The notes beneath the pieces were generated by a model. The model had not been told where the DNA came from and did not search any database. It worked only from the letters and a program-made list of their open reading frames with translations. A program made the translations under genes and the position numbers. DNA of 63,473 nucleotides, counting the filler. It is 7 parts of 7 records of this genome, joined end to end, with 100 filler letters (N's around TTAATTAATTAA, not from the genome) between each part and the next. Parts side by side here need not be neighbours in the genome. Positions count along the whole stretch, not along the records: positions 8,018 to 26,846 come from DRR723986_46360; positions 26,947 to 35,969 come from DRR723986_46410; 5 more parts are not named here. The stretch is one strand, 5' to 3'. This document shows, in pieces, positions 21,908 through 31,541 of the stretch (positions within the stretch are counted from its first letter, which is position 1; every line of letters begins with the position of its first letter).

Positions 21908-22071
21908 AAATTTCCTTTTATTATTGCTTTATGTCTAAATGTAATTAATATTTTAATCTTAATAAATTTAGGCCTGTAAAATTGTTAAATATCCTCTAAT
22001 TAATTTCTTTTAAGCTCATTTATTTTACTTGCATTTAGTATTTTGCAATTTCTGAAAAATAAGATCAATAA

Positions 22072-22932
22072 ATGCAATTATATCCTATACAAACTGGTAA
22101 TTTTAAATTAGATGGTGGAGCTATGTTTGGTGTGGTGCCTAAGTCTCTTTGGCAAAGAACAAATCCAGCAGATAACAATAATATGATTAATATTGCGGCA
22201 CGTTGTTTGCTTATTGAAGATGGTGACCGGTTGACACTGGTTGATACTGGCATGGGTAACAAACAGAGTAATAAATTTTATGGATATTACTATTTATGGG
22301 GAGATGACTCCATTGATAAGTCGTTAGCAAATTATGGTTTTCATAGAGATGATATAACCGAAGTTTTTATGACGCACCTTCATTTTGATCATTGCGGAGG
22401 TAGTATTCAATGGAATAAAGACAGAACAGGTTATGAACCCGCTTTTAAAAATGCCTCGTTTTGGTCTAATGAAGATCACTGGAAATGGGCCACACAACCA
22501 AACCGAAGAGAAGTGGCTTCTTTTTTAAAAGAAAATATATTACCAATGGAAGATTCTGGTCAATTAAAATTCACCTCTGTTCCTAAAGAACATATTTTAA
22601 AGAATTCTGAACTGGGTTTTGATATTTTTTTCGCTAATGGTCATACAGATAAGCAAATGATTCCTATGATTAATTACAAGGGCAAAACCATTTGCTTTAT
22701 GGCAGATTTATTACCAACCGCAGGCCATTTACCATTACCATTTGTAATGGGATATGATACCAGGCCGCTCTTAACACTAGACGAAAAAGAACTGTTTTTA
22801 AATATGGCGGCTGATAATAATTTTTATTTATTTCTAGAGCACGATGCGCATAACGAAATAATTACAGTAAAACACACAGACAAGGGTGTGCGTTTAAATA
22901 ATACATATACTTGCACCGATATTTTTAACTAA
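22072..22932 (+). CDS. MBL-fold metallo-hydrolase
   Basis: FKLDGGAMFGVVPK, THLHFDHCGG. Confidence 0.92.
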   Translation: MQLYPIQTGNFKLDGGAMFGVVPKSLWQRTNPADNNNMINIAARCLLIEDGDRLTLVDTGMGNKQSNKFYGYYYLWGDDSIDKSLANYGFHRDDITEVFMTHLHFDHCGGSIQWNKDRTGYEPAFKNASFWSNEDHWKWATQPNRREVASFLKENILPMEDSGQLKFTSVPKEHILKNSELGFDIFFANGHTDKQMIPMINYKGKTICFMADLLPTAGHLPLPFVMGYDTRPLLTLDEKELFLNMAADNNFYLFLEHDAHNEIITVKHTDKGVRLNNTYTCTDIFN

Positions 22933-22943
22933 AAAATGAAAAA

Positions 22944-24554
22944 ATGAAAATTAATTTTAACTACAAATTAATAGCCTGTTTAGGGCTTATTACAACACTA
23001 TTTTTAGGGTGTGGATCAACCGCAGATATTCTTTCAACACCTGTGGAAAACATCGACACATCTCCATTAAAAGTAAGTGACTTAACAGAGGCTGAAAAAA
23101 AGAATTGGGGACATTTAGATTTAGAGCGAGATACGATCCCTGGAATGGCAGTTGATAGAGCCTACGAAGAAATAATAAAAAATAAAAAAGGGCAAAAAGT
23201 CATTGTTGCTGTAATAGATTCGGGTATTGATATAGACCATGAAGATTTAGATGGAGTAATTTGGACTAATAAAGATGAAATTCCTAACAACGGTAAGGAT
23301 GACGACAATAATGGTTATGTAGATGATATACATGGTTGGAATTTCTTAGGTGAGGCCTATGACGAACAGCTGGAATATGTTCGTTTAATTGCGTCTGGTA
23401 ATACATCAGATCCGAGATATCAAGAAGCGGTAGAGTTGCTCGAGTCAGAATACCAAAAATGGTTAGGTAGAAAAACACAATACGATCAAATAGCTCAAGC
23501 GGTTAAAAATGCAGACGATACTTTGTCTAAACATTTAAACAAGACTGAGTATACTATGGATGATATTAACGCTATAGAAACTGAAAATCAAAATGTATTA
23601 CAAGCAGTTCAAATAGCTAAAAACATTAATGCTAATGGGTTGTCAATGTCCGAAGCAAAAGTGCAAATAGATGGTGCCTTGGTACAAATAAATGAACGTT
23701 TAAATTATCATTTGAATAAAGATTTTTCTGGTCGTAAAACAGATGATGATATAAACGATTTGACAGACATGGGTTATGGTGATGGAAATGTTAAACCGGT
23801 TAAAAAAGATGAAGCACACGGAACTCATGTAGCTGGTATCATTGCTGCTGAAAGAAATAACGGATTAGGCGCAAATGGCGTGGCAAATAATGTTGAGATT
23901 ATGTCACTTAGAACTGTGCCAAATGGTGATGAATATGATAAGGATGTGGCATTGGCAATTAGATATGCAGTTGACAACGGAGCTAAAGTTATTAATGGAA
24001 GTTTTGGTAAGTCATTCTCACCACACTCAGAATGGGTAAGAGATGCTATAAAATACGCATCAGACAATGACGTTGTTTTTGTTCATGCTGCAGGAAACGA
24101 CAGTAATAATATAGACGTAAACCCTAACTTTCCTGACGATAATGTAGATTTTGTGGAGATTTCTAATACATACATTAGAGTTGGGTCTTTAACGCAAAAG
24201 TATGGCTCTAAATTAATATCTGGTTTTTCAAACTATGGCAAAAAGAATGTAGATGTGTTTGCTCCTGGTTCGGCAATTTATTCTACAATGCCAGAAAACG
24301 AATATGATTACAATAGCGGTACATCTATGGCTGCTCCAGGAGTTGCTGGTATAGCGGCATTAATCCGCTCCCAATTCCCTAAGTTAACTGCCGCTCAGGT
24401 TAAACAAGTAATTATAGATTCTGGTTTGCCATTAACAACGCGAGTAGTAGTTGGTGGAGACGCTAATAATGTAAAGCCTTTTGCCGATTTATCTAAATCT
24501 GGCAGAATCGCAAATGCCTACAATGCCTTAATAATGGCTTCAAAAATTAAATAA
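22944..24554 (+). CDS. S8 subtilisin-family serine peptidase (lipoprotein)
   Basis: Catalytic triad motifs VAVIDSG, HGTHVAG, GTSMAAP. Confidence 0.94.
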   Translation: MKINFNYKLIACLGLITTLFLGCGSTADILSTPVENIDTSPLKVSDLTEAEKKNWGHLDLERDTIPGMAVDRAYEEIIKNKKGQKVIVAVIDSGIDIDHEDLDGVIWTNKDEIPNNGKDDDNNGYVDDIHGWNFLGEAYDEQLEYVRLIASGNTSDPRYQEAVELLESEYQKWLGRKTQYDQIAQAVKNADDTLSKHLNKTEYTMDDINAIETENQNVLQAVQIAKNINANGLSMSEAKVQIDGALVQINERLNYHLNKDFSGRKTDDDINDLTDMGYGDGNVKPVKKDEAHGTHVAGIIAAERNNGLGANGVANNVEIMSLRTVPNGDEYDKDVALAIRYAVDNGAKVINGSFGKSFSPHSEWVRDAIKYASDNDVVFVHAAGNDSNNIDVNPNFPDDNVDFVEISNTYIRVGSLTQKYGSKLISGFSNYGKKNVDVFAPGSAIYSTMPENEYDYNSGTSMAAPGVAGIAALIRSQFPKLTAAQVKQVIIDSGLPLTTRVVVGGDANNVKPFADLSKSGRIANAYNALIMASKIK

Positions 24555-24556
24555 AA

Positions 24557-26389
24557 ATGAAAAAAATATTGCTATGCTTTTTTGTTGTTTCATTTATTTT
24601 TTCTTGTGGGGCAACAGAAAAAATAACAACTATAAATCAAACTAAAGAAGCTAATTCAAATGGCTATTGGCAACAGCATGTTGATTACCAGATGGAAATT
24701 GATATGGATGTTAATTCGTTTCAGTATTCTGGAAAACAAAAATTAGTATATACTAACAATTCTCCAGATGTTCTCAATAGAGTCTATTATCACTTATATT
24801 TTAATGCTTTTCAGCCCGGAAGCGAAATGGATGTCCGCTCACGTACCATCCAAGATCCGGACAGAAGAGTTACCGACCGCATTAGTAAACTAGAGCCTAA
24901 TGAAATTGGTTATATAAAAGTTAACTCGCTTAAACAAGATGGTGTAGCGCTTACATATAAAACTGTAGGTACAGTTTTAGAGGTAAAGCTAAGCGAACCT
25001 ATTCAGCCTGGTGAAAAAATAACTTTTGATATGGATTTTGATGGTCAAGTGCCAAAACAAATCCGTAGGTCTGGTAGAAACAATGCAGATGGTATCGCGC
25101 TTTCTATGACACAATGGTATCCAAAATTAGCTGAATACGATTTTGAAGGATGGCATGCAGATCCTTACATAGGAAGGGAGTTTCATGGTGTTTGGGGTGA
25201 TTTTGATGTAAAAATAACTATTGATAAGTCTTACATCATTGGTGGCACTGGTTATTTGCAGAATGCCAATGAAATTGGTTACGGATACCAAAATGCTGAG
25301 GTAAAAAGACCACGTGGAAATAAATTGACTTGGCATTTTAAAGCGCCAAAAGTACATGACTTCACTTGGGCTGCAGACCCAGATTATATTCATGATACAA
25401 TACAAGTACCTGATGGTCCTTTATTACACTTTTTATACACTGGTGATAAAAAAACACAAGACAATTGGAAAAAATTGCAACCACAAGCGGTTAAGTTAAT
25501 GGCGTTTTTTAGTGAAAATGTGGGTAATTACCCTTATGATCAATATTCATTCGTTCAAGGTGGAGATGGCGGAATGGAATATGCTATGTGTACACTAATC
25601 ACTGGTGGATCAAATTATGGTGGATTACTAGGTACTGCCTCGCACGAATTAGCGCATTCATGGTTTCAGTTTTTATTAGCAAGTAACGAGGCTAAACACG
25701 AGTGGATGGATGAAGGTTTTACAAGTTATATTTCAGCCTTGGCTATGAATTCTTTAAGAGAAGAAAAAAGAGAAAATCCCTTTGCCGGATCTTATAGAAG
25801 TTATATAAGACTCGCTAATTCTGGTTTTGAACAGCCTTTAACTACTCATGCAGATAGGTACGCTCTAAATGGAGCCTATGGTGCTGCGGCTTACAGTAAA
25901 GGTGGTGTATTTATGGCGCAATTAGGTTATGTTATTGGGCAAGAAAATTTAGATAAAACGATAAAGAAGTATTTTGAAGATTTTGCATTTAAACACCCAA
26001 AGCCATTAGACATTGTCCGTACAGCTGAACGTGTGACGGACTTTGAATTAGACTGGTATCTTATAGATTTTGCACAAACAACAAACACAATAGACTACGG
26101 AGTAAAATCTGTTGAAGGAAAGACTATTACCTTAGAGCGTATAGGATTAATGCCAATGCCAATTGATTTAACTGTAACTTATACTGATGGCTCTACAGAG
26201 GAATTTTATATTCCGTTACAAATGATGAGGGGTGAAAAACCAACTTCAGCAACAATTATAAATGATTGGGCTTGGGCAATGCCTACATATACTCTTGAAG
26301 CTAACAAGGAAGTGAAATCGGCAGAGATCGACAATTCTCGGTTAATGGCAGATATTAATAGGGATAACAACGTTTATCCTGCAGAATAA
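24557..26389 (+). CDS. M1 family metallopeptidase (lipoprotein)
   Basis: GGMEY, HELAHSWF...WMDEGFT. Confidence 0.93.
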   Translation: MKKILLCFFVVSFIFSCGATEKITTINQTKEANSNGYWQQHVDYQMEIDMDVNSFQYSGKQKLVYTNNSPDVLNRVYYHLYFNAFQPGSEMDVRSRTIQDPDRRVTDRISKLEPNEIGYIKVNSLKQDGVALTYKTVGTVLEVKLSEPIQPGEKITFDMDFDGQVPKQIRRSGRNNADGIALSMTQWYPKLAEYDFEGWHADPYIGREFHGVWGDFDVKITIDKSYIIGGTGYLQNANEIGYGYQNAEVKRPRGNKLTWHFKAPKVHDFTWAADPDYIHDTIQVPDGPLLHFLYTGDKKTQDNWKKLQPQAVKLMAFFSENVGNYPYDQYSFVQGGDGGMEYAMCTLITGGSNYGGLLGTASHELAHSWFQFLLASNEAKHEWMDEGFTSYISALAMNSLREEKRENPFAGSYRSYIRLANSGFEQPLTTHADRYALNGAYGAAAYSKGGVFMAQLGYVIGQENLDKTIKKYFEDFAFKHPKPLDIVRTAERVTDFELDWYLIDFAQTTNTIDYGVKSVEGKTITLERIGLMPMPIDLTVTYTDGSTEEFYIPLQMMRGEKPTSATIINDWAWAMPTYTLEANKEVKSAEIDNSRLMADINRDNNVYPAE

Positions 26390-26407
26390 ATAATATAAAT
26401 CTTGCTT

Positions 26408-26439
26408 AAAAAACCGCATTGTTTATGATGCGGTTTTTT
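26408..26439. terminator. Bidirectional intrinsic terminator
   Basis: AAAAAACCGCAT...ATGCGGTTTTTT between convergent genes. Confidence 0.8.
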
Positions 26440-26440
26440 A

Positions 26441-26846
26441 TTAGTACCAATCTTCTTTGCGATACATTTGATTTTTAGACACACGCTCTCGGTTATATAG
26501 CAATAAGTGTGAGCTATCTATTTGCTTGTTTCTGTAACCAAACAAATGAAAAATAGATTTTGCCATAAAACGAGTTACAGATAGATTTGCTTTTAATACT
26601 CCTGTTTTTTTGTTGTGCCAGCTTATACCTGGTAAATAGGTTAATAAGCTATCTGCGTTTACGTTTCTCAAAAATTCAGATAGTTTTAAGAAAAATCTTG
26701 GTATTGATCTAATGATAAAATAACCGTCATTGCCTGATTTTTGATATAATGGCATAAATAACTTAGCGTTATGGTCTGAGTAAATTTTAATGCCATCTGT
26801 TATGGCTAGTAATGTTCCTCTTTTAATATTTTGAAAGCTTTCAAAA
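26441..26846 (-). CDS. Probable succinylglutamate desuccinylase/aspartoacylase family protein, 3' part
   Basis: Frame open to contig end: FESFQNIKRGTLLA...LFMPLYQKSGNDGYFIIR, resembling flavobacterial AstE/AspA C-termini. Confidence 0.6.
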
Positions 26847-26946
26847 NNNNNNNNNNNNNNNNNNNNNNNNNNNNNNNNNNNNNNNNNNNNTTAATTAATT
26901 AANNNNNNNNNNNNNNNNNNNNNNNNNNNNNNNNNNNNNNNNNNNN
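26847..26946. other. Artificial contig spacer
   Basis: N44-TTAATTAATTAA-N44. Confidence 0.99.
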
Positions 26947-26980
26947 GCGCGAAGAGCGTGAAGAGATGTGCCCGGTGACC

Positions 26981-27211
26981 TGAGACCCGACTTCCCTCCA
27001 GCCTTTGGGAGAATCCGATGGTTGATTTCTGGCCTCATGCAGCCTGGGTTTCCAGTCTCGATTTGATTGCAAATTCCTCGGGCGTCAGGTTGCCGAGGGA
27101 TGAGTGGGGTCTTTGACGGTTGTAGTCCTCCTTCCAGGCTGTGATCTTCTCGCAGGCCTCAGACAGCGACGAGAACAGCGTTTCGTTGAGAAGCTCATCG
27201 CGGAAGCTGCC
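26981..27211 (-). mobile_element. IS3-family remnant: transposase C-terminus and probable right end
   Basis: GSFRDELLNETLF...AWKEDYNRQRPHSSLGNLTPEEFA, stop at 27035; putative end TGAGACCCGACTTCCCTCCA at 26981. Confidence 0.85.
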
Positions 27212-27310
27212 TGCGTAATCCGGTGTGATCCGGCCACCCATTCCAAAAACATCCGGCCACCCCTACCGATTTTACCCGGCCATTGAATCCGGAACATCCG
27301 GCCACCTCTC
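27212..27310. mobile_element. IS21-family terminal region
   Basis: Starts TGCGTAATCCGG, followed by 3-4 spaced copies of (AT)CCGGCCA(CC), typical of the multiple transposase-binding repeats at IS21 ends. Confidence 0.6.
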
Positions 27311-27356
27311 TGACGTGTTGCTGTGAGGCGATCAGCAGCCCGCTACCTTGCGGTTC

Positions 27357-27523
27357 GGTGCTGGCAGACTAATCCGAACCAGTCTCTGCTAGGACAGTCT
27401 CACTGCCCCCTATTCGGCGCAAAGTCCCCGCCACTCGGCCAGAGCGGCGGTTCGGTTCAGCTTGAAGAGGTTTCGGCTGGAGAGACTGCGTTCCTGGTTA
27501 AAGTGGTTTGAGATTGAGGCATG
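27357..27523 (-). mobile_element. IS6-family remnant: transposase C-terminus and end
   Basis: HASISNHFNQERSLSSRNLFKLNRTAALAEWRGLCAE* (stop 27410); IR-like GGTGCTGGCAGAC at 27357. Confidence 0.75.
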
Positions 27524-28433
27524 GTGCGTGCCATGGGGCTGACAGGGACCTCGAAGAGCCAGGTCTCGCGGCTTTGCGAGGACATCGACGAGCGGGTGCA
27601 AGCATTCCTGAACCGCCCCATTGAGGGCGACTGGCCCTTCCTTTGGCTCGACGCCACCTACGTGAAGCTGCGTGAGTGCGGACGCATCGTCTCGATGGCG
27701 GTGATAGTGGCCGTCGCGGTCAACACCGACGGACGCCGGGAGATCCTCGGGATCACGGTTCTGCCCTCGGAGGCCGAGACGTTCTGGTCCGACTTCCTTC
27801 GCTCTCTGACGCGACGCGGCCTGCGCGGCGTGCAGATGGTGATCAGCGACGCCCACGAGGGCCTGAAGGCCGCCGCGCGCAAGGTCCTGGGGGCCGGATG
27901 GCAGCGTTGCCGGGTGCATTTTCAGCGCAACCTGCTCGCCCGGGTGAACAAGGCCCACAAGCCCGTGGTCAGCGCCGTGGTGAAGACCGTTTTCGCCGAG
28001 AAGGAGCGCGACCAGGCCCATGTCCGCTGGCGCGAGGTGGCTGACAACCTGCGGGAGCGGTTCCGAGACGTGGCCGAGTTGATGGACGAGGCCGAACACG
28101 ACGTACTCGCCTATATGGCTTTCGACGAGAGCCTGCGCTCGAAGTTGCACAGCACAAACCCGCTGGAGCGCCTCAACAAGGAGATCAAGCGGCGGACCAA
28201 CGTGATCGGGATCTTCCCGAACCGCGAGGCCGTAATCCGCCTCGTCGGCGCGCTCATGCTCGAGCAGAACGATGAGTGGGCCGTCTCGCGCCGCTACATG
28301 CCGGTGGAAAAACTGACCGCCATGTGCAACGATCAAGATGCGGCGACGATGATCGCCGCTCAGTGAAAGAACGACACCAGCTATGAAGAAGCAGGTGGAC
28401 GCCAGTTCCTACACCACTTCACGGGACACTACC
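27521..28433 (+). mobile_element. IS256-family element, 5' truncated (transposase fragment 27521-28366)
   Basis: SKSQVSRLC, LWLDATYVK, VISDAHEGL, WQRCRVHF, STNPLERLNKEIKRRT; N-terminal part missing; end TTCCTACACCACTTCACGGGACACTACC. Confidence 0.9.
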
Positions 28434-28878
28434 CGGTGACGCGACGAGCGGAAACGATCAATACGAGAACCGGAGCCTGGGTCAGATCGCTGCTGATGCG
28501 CAAGCCGACACGAATCGTCACCGTAGCCATTGCGAACAAGACGGCACGCACCGCCTGGGCGCTACTGGCGAAGGGCGGCACATACCGAGCCGCGCCGGCC
28601 AACTGATCGAAGGAGAAACACGGCGGCGAATGCAGCGTCGCAACGAGATGCAAGGGCAATAGAGAGTGATGATAATCGAAAGCGGCCGCTACCAGGATAC
28701 CCCGAGGCATTGTCTGGACCTCAGAGTCCGATCTTCTGATCGGGACCCGGTACGCGGACTTCATCAGGGCCAGCGGTCAAATGCACCGCGCACAAAGGCC
28801 GGACAAATGACCGCAACCTGCTTCGATCAAACATCGCTCAACAAATCCCTTGCAAAACAGGAGCCGTCCACAAATGAC
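28434..28878 (+). mobile_element. IS110-family (IS1111 group) remnant: transposase C-terminus (28436-28606) and long right non-coding end
   Basis: Frame not in ORF track: WVRSLLMRKPTRIVTVAIANKTARTAWALLAKGGTY; about 270 nt downstream NCR ending CTTGCAAAACAGGAGCCGTCCACAAATGAC. Confidence 0.8.
28607..28830 (+). ncRNA. Candidate bridge/seek RNA of the IS1111-type element (boundaries approximate)
   Basis: Lies in the right NCR; contains ACAAATGAC (identical to the element end) and GGCATTGTC (near reverse complement of the right flank). Confidence 0.5.
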
Positions 28879-29294
28879 AGTGCCCTTTCATATTGAACCG
28901 TCCTTTCAATATAAGTGTTCGAATTACACTTATTGCTCTACAGGACGCGCCCTTCAACAGATAGTGTGAAATATAAAGTAACATAATGTTTCAAGGTGTT
29001 ACAAGAACCGCTCTTCAGCCCGATGAACGGCGGACTAGCTATTGTCATCAGGCGTACCAGGTCGATCTATAGACCCTATCCAAGTAGACACAACCAGAGG
29101 ATCTAACACTGAGGGGTACGCACGAAACGGCCGATGGCATCACCAAGGCGCGATCCAAGGTGCTCTCATCAAGCCGGGTTTCTGTCCTAGCCTTCAGGAA
29201 GCAGTTTGCAATTTCGGGCAGGAGGCGTAAGCAGCAATGTTATGGTGAGTCGGAGTGTTTCAATCTACATCTTTAAGACTGAGGAGATGGACTG

Positions 29295-29948
29295 ATGCCT
29301 CTCGAAGTCGTAGGCGCTGGCTTCGGCAGAACCGGAACCTATACGATCAAGCTGGCTTTGGAGTATCTCGGGTTCAGCCCCTGTCATCACATGTACGAGG
29401 TCAGAAAACGCCCGGAGATGCTGCGTCCATGGCAGGATGCTTTGATTGGACAGAGCCCCGATTGGGGGAAGGTGTTTGCAGATTTCCGCGCTCAGGTGGA
29501 CTGGCCAGCAGCAGCCTATTGGAAAGAGCTGGTCAACGCCTTCCCAGAGGCGAAAGTTCTACTTTCGGTTCGTGATCCAGATGAATGGTATGCAAGCGTT
29601 TCAGCGACGATCCTCCCTTCAGTTACCGAGGGCCTTGAGCTCGACCGGGATAACTTCTCCCGGGAGGCTTCAGAAATGATCTTCCATACTGTCCATGAAA
29701 AAGTGTTTGGTGGGCGCCTCGGCGATAAGAAGACGGCTATATCAATCTACCTTGCGCACATAGATGAAGTGCGCTCCAGTGTCCCCGCCGAGCGCCTTTT
29801 GGTCTACAACGTTTCGTCAGGTTGGGAGCCACTGTGCGCCTTCCTGGGAAAGGAGTGCCCCAATGTGCCGTTTCCACACACGAACTCCACCAATGAGTTC
29901 CTCAGGCGCAAGCCACACCTTAGCGCCCTCACCACTAACATAAATTAG
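29295..29948 (+). CDS. Sulfotransferase family protein (Sulfotransfer_4-like)
   Basis: GAGFGRTGT 5'-PSB loop, CHHM, DWP, LSVRDPDEWYAS 3'-PB motif, GWEPLCAFLG..P..PFPHTN; GAGGAG RBS. Confidence 0.88.
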   Translation: MPLEVVGAGFGRTGTYTIKLALEYLGFSPCHHMYEVRKRPEMLRPWQDALIGQSPDWGKVFADFRAQVDWPAAAYWKELVNAFPEAKVLLSVRDPDEWYASVSATILPSVTEGLELDRDNFSREASEMIFHTVHEKVFGGRLGDKKTAISIYLAHIDEVRSSVPAERLLVYNVSSGWEPLCAFLGKECPNVPFPHTNSTNEFLRRKPHLSALTTNIN

Positions 29949-30074
29949 CGGGAGCGCTCTGCTGGAATGATTAATGCGGAAGATCCTTTCGCGCCCGGCG
30001 TATCGGTCGCAACATAATCAGATCCTGCAAAAAGCTACTAGAAATCAAAATACCCAACCTCCTCTGTTGAGGCT

Positions 30075-31541
30075 ATGGAGGAAAGTGAAATGATCACAGA
30101 GCACCACACAGACACAGTTGGGACGAAATTCCTGCGGACAGCAGCGCGATGCCCAGACCACTTTGCAATCATTTCTGAGGACATGTTCATCAACTATGAA
30201 GAACTCTCAGAGTCTACGTTGCGAATAGCAGGCCGTCTGAAGCAGCATGGCGTCGCCCCAGGATCCCTGGTTACGCTCGATGGTGAGGACTTCCTGATTG
30301 TTGTACAATCGATTATCGCTTGCTCCCTCCTTGGCGCCGCTTGGATAGCCAGAAAGAATCTTGAGGCCGCGCCAGGCGTTGTCGAACCAACACACATTCT
30401 AAGCCTCCAGGAAACTGAGGGCATGGATCAGTCGGCTATTCTGAGAATTGACCAATCTTGGCTGGAAGGACCGAAACTTCAGGGGCCGTACGCAAAAGAC
30501 GTCGAAGCTCCCCTCATCTTTACAAACACCTCCGGAACAACGGGTACTCCAAAGATGCTGTCGCTCAGCCAAAAGAGCATGATGCTCAGGGCACAGGCTG
30601 CATGCGAGGATTTTAGAGAGCGTGAAACGGTCTTTACGAGCCTCTTTCGCCCAATCGCATTTCCATACATTGCGCGCTTCCTCTCGGCATTGGTTAACGG
30701 GTCGACCGTTGTGCATAGCCGAAACGTAGACTTCTGGCGGGCTTGTGGCCTCAACCACCTGTACGGATCAGTGACACAAGTCGCAGACTTCCTGGGTGAC
30801 AAGATACTATCTCCGAGACTTCCGATGATACATGTTTCGGGATCGAAACTTCGGGATGGACTTGCGCGGAACTTGCTGAAGAGTTTCGACGTAGTTGTTG
30901 ATCTATATGCCTCAACAGAAACCAATCGAAGTTTCAAGAACTTGAAGTCTCTTGGAGACAACGGGGACATTGTTACAACGGGTCAGCCACTTGATAGCGA
31001 GGTGCAGATCGTCTCTGAGGACGGACAACTCTTACCGACTGGCGAAGTCGGCTATGTTAGGGTCCGCAACAAATACCTCGCCGAAACCTATTTGAATGCC
31101 CCTCAGGCTGCGAAAACGTCGTTCCGTGACGGCTGGTTCTTTAGTGGAGACATGGGTGTTTTCGGGCCTCGCGGAGAGCTCAAGATACTTGGTCGGACGG
31201 GTGATGTCATCAATACTGGCGGGATAAAAGTAAATGCCTCAGCCATCGATGACTTCTTGCTGGAACAAGAGGGGATTGTGGATGCCATGTGCTTCGAACA
31301 TCCAACAGATTTCGGGCCGAGCGAGATATTCGCACTTCTCGTTCTAGAGAACGGGCAGAGGCTCAATGAGGTCGCTGAACGGGTTGCAAGGGCGTGTCAA
31401 AAGTCCCTTGGTATCGCTAGAACACCAAAACGGATGATTGAGGTCGCTGAAGTTCCTAGAGCTCACGACGGGGGCGCTAAACGGTCGGAATGCCTCAACC
31501 TCTACAAGTCACTGGTAGGAGCCGTAAATGCTTCCAGTTGA
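30075..31541 (+). CDS. ANL/AMP-binding enzyme paralogue 1
   Basis: TSGTTGTPK, YASTETN, GWFFSGDMG, GRTGDVINTGGIKV; A10 region PRAHDGGAKR lacks the canonical GK. Confidence 0.85.
   Translation: MEESEMITEHHTDTVGTKFLRTAARCPDHFAIISEDMFINYEELSESTLRIAGRLKQHGVAPGSLVTLDGEDFLIVVQSIIACSLLGAAWIARKNLEAAPGVVEPTHILSLQETEGMDQSAILRIDQSWLEGPKLQGPYAKDVEAPLIFTNTSGTTGTPKMLSLSQKSMMLRAQAACEDFRERETVFTSLFRPIAFPYIARFLSALVNGSTVVHSRNVDFWRACGLNHLYGSVTQVADFLGDKILSPRLPMIHVSGSKLRDGLARNLLKSFDVVVDLYASTETNRSFKNLKSLGDNGDIVTTGQPLDSEVQIVSEDGQLLPTGEVGYVRVRNKYLAETYLNAPQAAKTSFRDGWFFSGDMGVFGPRGELKILGRTGDVINTGGIKVNASAIDDFLLEQEGIVDAMCFEHPTDFGPSEIFALLVLENGQRLNEVAERVARACQKSLGIARTPKRMIEVAEVPRAHDGGAKRSECLNLYKSLVGAVNASS

Noticed and set aside
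27228-27306. Spaced CCGGCCACC repeats as a mini-CRISPR or iterons
   Set aside because: Repeats and spacers are too short, there is no cas or rep gene, and they follow a TG-starting end, which fits IS21 terminal repeats better.
27410-28336. 308-aa minus-strand ORF as a real gene
   Set aside because: It is the antisense shadow of the IS256 transposase fused by chance to the IS6 C-terminal fragment.
29042-29230. Small ORF as a precursor peptide or carrier protein for the ANL cluster
   Set aside because: TTG start without a clear RBS, no phosphopantetheine (DSL-type) motif and no leader/core pattern.
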